Assembly: GCA_950097015.1 (NCBI GenBank)
Contig: CATNEN010000038.1
Span: 868,001 to 932,000 of the forward strand
Source: Macrostomum hystrix
Taxonomy: Eukaryota; Animalia; Platyhelminthes
Reading direction: 5' to 3'
Length of the DNA: 64,000 bases
In this document: in pieces, positions 59,081-64,000 of the stretch
Layout: every line of letters begins with the position of its first letter
Numbering within the stretch: position 1 is the stretch's first letter
Notes under the pieces: model-generated
What the model was told of the DNA's origin: nothing
The model's database searches: none
What the model saw: the letters and a program-made list of their open reading frames with translations, nothing else
Made by a program: the position numbers and the translations under genes

Positions 59081-60557
59081 TATCTGACACAAAAAAATGC
59101 TGGGACTGTCAATGTGCATTCATTGCTTTGACATTTTTCCCTCTGCAAAAAACTAATGCTGGGATTGTCAATGTGCATTCATTGCTTTGACATTTTTCCC
59201 TCTGCAAAAAACTAATGCTGGGATTGTCAATGGGCATTCATTGCTTTGACATTTTTCCCTCTGCATAAAACTAATGCTGGGATTGTCAATGGGCATTCAT
59301 TGCTTTGACATTTTTCCCTCTGCATAAAACTAATGCTGGGATTGTCAATGGGCATTCATTGCTTTGACATTTTCCCTCTGCATAAAACTAATGCTGGGAT
59401 TGTCACTGTGCATTCATTGCTTTGACATTTTCCCTCTGCATAAAACTAATGCTGGGATTGTCACTGTGCATTCATTGCTTTGACATTTTCCCTCTGCATA
59501 AAACTAATGCTGGGATTGTCACTGTGCATTCATTGCTTTGACATTTTCCCTCTGCATAAAACTAATGCTGGGATTGTCAATGTGCATTCATTGCTTTGAC
59601 ATTTTCCCTCTGCATAAAACTAATGCTGGGATTGTCAATGTGCATTCATTGCTTTGACATTTTTCCCTCTGCATAAAACTAATGCTGGGATTGTCAATGT
59701 GCATTCATTGCTTTGACATTTTCCCTCTGCATAAAACTAATGCTGGGATTGTCACTGTGCATTCATTGCTTTGACATTTTTCCTCTGCATAAAACTAATG
59801 CTGGGATTGTCACTGTGCATTCATTGCTTTGACATTTTCCCTCTGCAAAAAACTATTGCTGGGATTGTCACTGTGCATTCATTGCTTTGACATTTTTCCT
59901 CTGCATAAAACTAATGCTGGGATTGTCAATGTGCATTCATTGCTTTGACATTTTCCCTCTGCATAAAACTAATGCTGGGATTGTCACTGTGCATTCATTG
60001 CTTTGACATTTTTCCCTCTGCATAAAACTAATGCTGGGATTGTCACTGTGCATTCATTGCTTTGACATTTTCCCTCTGCATAAAACTAATGCTGGGATTG
60101 TCAATGTGCATTCATTGCTTTGACATTTTTCCCTCTGCATAAAACTAATGCTGGGATTGTCACTGTGCATTCATTGCTTTGACATTTTTCCCTCTGCATA
60201 AAACTAATACTGGGATTGTCACTGTGCATTCATTGCTTTGACATTTTCCCTCTGCATAAAACTAATGCTGGGATTGTCAATGTGCATTCATTGCTTTGAC
60301 ATTTTCCCTCTGCATAAAACTAATGCTGGGATTGTCAATGTGCATTCATTGCTTTGACATTTTCCCTCTGCATAAAACTAATGCTGGGATTGTCACTGTG
60401 CATTCATTGCTTTGACATTTTTCCTCTGCATAAAACTAATGCTGGGATTGTCAATGTGCATTCATTGCTTTGACATTTTTCCTCTGCATAAAACTAATGC
60501 TGGGATTGTCACTGTGCATTCATTGCTTTGACATTTTCCCTCTGCATTTGTCAGATA
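59081..60557. repeat. 58/59-bp satellite (~25 copies) bracketed by 9-bp inverted termini
   Basis: Unit AAAACTAATGCTGGGATTGTCA(A/C)TGTGCATTCATTGCTTTGACATTTT(T)CCCTCTGCAT, with TATCTGACA at 59081-59089 and TGTCAGATA at 60549-60557. Confidence 0.95.
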
Positions 60558-62063
60558 AATTTTTCTTTCACGAACGTGACGCGCCTCATCGTGGCGTGAA
60601 AGTGAACAGTGCGCGTTTCAATCTTTTGCACTGGCCAAGACGTCACTACTAGTTAGTCTAGGTGTTTTACAACCTTCTGTACTGAATATCCACGAACCAA
60701 TCACTTCATATATTTTATTCTATCTATTCACATTCTTTATACCCAGAAATTTGCTGTTATAGTAGACTCCCTCTCACAAAGTTGACCTATTTTGTCTTGT
60801 TTCCGGTACGTAAATCAAGAAATCAAAGCAATGAACGCTACTTTTAGTTTAAGATTTAGTATCATTTGCGATTCAGCTCTCAATCTGCGTGTTCTCAATA
60901 TAATTTCCTGCTTTCATTCATTTTTTCCCTATGTTCCGTGGTGCACAACTGCTGGACTGGAGAACAATCGCACTCGGCACCAAAAGATGTAGTGGCACTT
61001 TTAGGCTTAAATACAGGTAAAAGATGCTTTTAATTACTTAAATTTGTGACTTATTTATTGAATTTTATATTCAAGTTCAATTCCCACCCTGCCAGGAAAT
61101 GCGAACTGGACTCGACAGTTTAGATTATTCGGAGGCAGCCTTGCAAAAACAGTGGCGAAGCCTGTCTGTCACGAGCAGAAACCGTAGCCGGCCGTCAGTG
61201 TCGGCCACCTTCGCGATGCGCGGTTTCTCAATGTACGACGGAAGATAATTGCATATTATGCACTGTCTGCAGCTACCCATCTAGCCGACTAGCGGGCCTG
61301 CCATCCCACCAATGCAGCGCTGGAATACTGAGTACTGGTTGCTAACTGCAAAGATACATGCTTCTCACCTTAATTTGATATTATTTTGCGCATTCTCAAG
61401 TCCGTGTACTCTGTACTTACCCCCTGTTGAGCAGTTATTGCAATATGCACATTTTTCTTATTTACGAGTAGCTAGTAAATATACAAATTGTACTTCGTCT
61501 TACTGCTTGCTAATAAATAAGTAGCTTACGAAATGCGCCCGATACCATCCCGTATAAAGCCAGTCTTAAATGGCGCATATTTTGTTACACCTACTGTGAG
61601 AAGCCTACTATGAAAGTGGTTGATAGTATATAACGACGTGTTATTCTTTGGAAATTATATGCTTAACATATCGCCATTCCAGCATTAAAATAATTTTGTG
61701 TACAATTTGTTACTTAATAAAAAATTAATCAATTTTCGATATGTACAGCAAGCAAACCGATGCCTTAAGTACCCAAGTTCAGCCGACTGTACTTTTGAAA
61801 AAACAAGAAAGTGTTTCGTGTTTAAGATTTTAACAGTAACGGCATTGAGGTCGATTGCTGGTAATGTACTGTACGTATCGAGTACAATCGTAACAAGTAG
61901 CTCTACATGTACCTCAATCTCAGCAAAAATTAGATTAATTGGATGTCAGTATAGAAGTGGATTTCTCATCTCAATCTGATACGAATTTAACGCCAAAAGC
62001 CCCATTGTCAGAACTCTGTTTCCTGAAGTGCAAGTGTAAATTAATTGTCATGATAGTCGAATT

Positions 62064-64000
62064 TAAGCAGTATGTATTCAACTCAGTGTAACCACTGATG
62101 AATCCGTAAATGTACCCCCGCTTCAACAGTTCAGATGGTCAACTATAAGCAGTATATATTCAACTCAGTGTAACCACTGATGAATCCGTAAATGTACCCC
62201 CACTTCAACAGTTCAGATAGTCAACTATAAGCCGTATATATTCAACTCAGTGTAACCACTGATGAATCCGCAAATGTACCCCCACTTCAACAGTTCAGAT
62301 AGTCAACTATAAGCCGTATATATTCAACTCAGTGTAACCACTGATGAATCCGTAAATGTACCCCCGCTTCAACAGTTCAGATGGTCAACTATAAGCCGTA
62401 TATATTCAACTCAGTGTAACCACTGATGAATCCGTAAATGTACCCCCACTTCAACAGTTCAGATAGTCAACTATAAGCCGTATATATTCAACTCAGTGTA
62501 ACCACTGATGAATCCGTAAATGTACCCCCACTTCAACAGTTCAGATAGTCAACTATAAGCAGTATATATTCAACTCAGTGTAACCACTGATGAATCCGTA
62601 AATGTACCCCCACTTCAACAGTTCAGATAGTCAACTATAAGCAGTATATATTCAACTCAGTGTAACCACTGATGAATCCGTAAATGTACCCTCACTTCAA
62701 CAGTTCAGATAGTCAACTATAAGCAGTATATATTCAACTCAGTGTAACCACTGATGAATCCGTAAATGTACCCCCACTTCAACAGTTCAGATAGTCAACT
62801 ATAAGCCGTATATATTCAACTCAGTGTAACCACTGATGAATCCGTAAATGTACCCCCACTTCAACAGTTCAGATAGTCAACTATAAGCCGTATATATTCA
62901 ACTCAGTGTAACCACTGATGAATCCGTAAATGTACCCCCACTTCAACAGTTCAGATAGTCAACTATAAGCCGTATATATTCAACTCAGTGTAACCACTGA
63001 TGAATCCGTAAATGTACCCCCACTTCAACAGTTCAGATAGTCAACTATAAGCAGTATATATTCAACTCAGTGTAACCACTGATGAATCCGTAAATGTACC
63101 CCCACTTCAACAGTTCAGATAGTCAACTATAAGCCGTATATATTCAACTCAGTGTAACCACTGATGAATCCGTAAATGTACCCCCACTTCAACAGTTCAG
63201 ATAGTCAACTATAAGCCGTATATTCAACTCAGTGTAACCACTGATGAATCCGTAAATGTACCCCCACTTCAACAGTTCAGATAGTCAACTATAAGCCGTA
63301 TATATTCAACTCAGTGTAACCACTGATGAATCCGTAAATGTACCCCCACTTCAACAGTTCAGATAGTCAACTATAAGCCGTATATATTCAACTCAGTGTA
63401 ACCACTGATGAATCCGTAAATGTACCCCCACTTCAACAGTTCAGATAGTCAACTATAAGCCGTATATATTCAACTCAGTGTAACCACTGATGAATCCGTA
63501 AATGTACCCCCACTTCAACAGTTCAGATAGTCAACTATAGGCCGTATATATTCAACTCAGTGTAACCACTGATGAATCCGTAAATGTACCCCCACTTCAA
63601 CAGTTCAGATAGTCAACTATAAGCAGTATATATTCAACTCAGTGTAACCACTGATGAATCCGTAAATGTACCCTCACTTCAACAGTTCAGATAGTCAACT
63701 ATAAGCCGTATATATTCAACTCAGTGTAACCACTGATGAATCCGTAAATGTACCCCCACTTCAACAGTTCAGATAGTCAACTATAAGCAGTATATATTCA
63801 ACTCAGTGTAACCACTGATGAATCCGTAAATGTACCCTCACTTCAACAGTTCAGATAGTCAACTATAAGCCGTATATATTCAACTCAGTGTAACCACTGA
63901 TGAATCCGTAAATGTACCCCCACTTCAACAGTTCAGATAGTCAACTATAAGCAGTATATATTCAACTCAGTGTAACCACTGATGAATCCGTAAATGTACC
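62064..64000. repeat. 82-bp satellite (>=23 copies, runs off the window end)
   Basis: TTCAACTCAG recurs at 62077, 62159, 62241 and onward. The array is very homogeneous and each unit has an internal hairpin. Confidence 0.97.

Noticed and set aside
51700-62060. TET/JBP cargo gene beside the KDZ transposase
   Set aside because: No 2OG-Fe(II) HxD...H pattern in a credible reading frame was found by eye.
59095-64000. CRISPR-like arrays
   Set aside because: Units are contiguous near-identical repeats without unique spacers, there are no cas genes, and the context is eukaryotic.
62064-64000. Hammerhead-ribozyme satellite (CTGATGA in each unit)
   Set aside because: There is no stem II followed by GAAA, and the CTGATGA is sequestered in the hairpin.

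Overview
Eukaryotic (metazoan) genomic DNA. GC-rich, Ala/Gln/Ser-rich exons with short GT-AG introns full of minisatellites suggest an invertebrate such as the flatworm Macrostomum; this is inference from sequence style only. Spliced gene models were reconstructed by eye: (i) a 5'-partial multi-CUB + C-terminal PAN/apple protein; (ii) a four-TM claudin/PMP22-like gene; (iii) an apparently identical 6,402-bp tandem duplication (period 6,428 bp, with a 26-nt partly templated junction) giving two full copies of a RING-less B-box-like/coiled-coil/NHL gene, a 5'-truncated copy of the claudin-like gene and two copies of a 33/34-bp satellite; (iv) a Spindly-like gene; (v) a complete 9-exon CLCA gene; (vi) a CTDSP/SCP-type phosphatase; (vii) a single-exon coiled-coil + BEN gene; (viii) two intronless EcKL/CHK-like kinases sharing a gene-conversion tract. 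Mobile DNA includes a Gypsy pol relic, TTAA-flanked MITEs and tRNA-derived SINE-like pieces. At 53-64 kb there is a nest of a cryptic Crypton-like tyrosine-recombinase relic, a truncated D34D mariner, a spliced near-intact CxC + KDZ (Kyakuja-Dileera-Zisupton) transposase gene, a TIR-bracketed 58/59-bp satellite and an 82-bp hairpin satellite. No rRNA, intact tRNA or CRISPR array was seen. All coordinates and counts were read manually, and no database searches were run.
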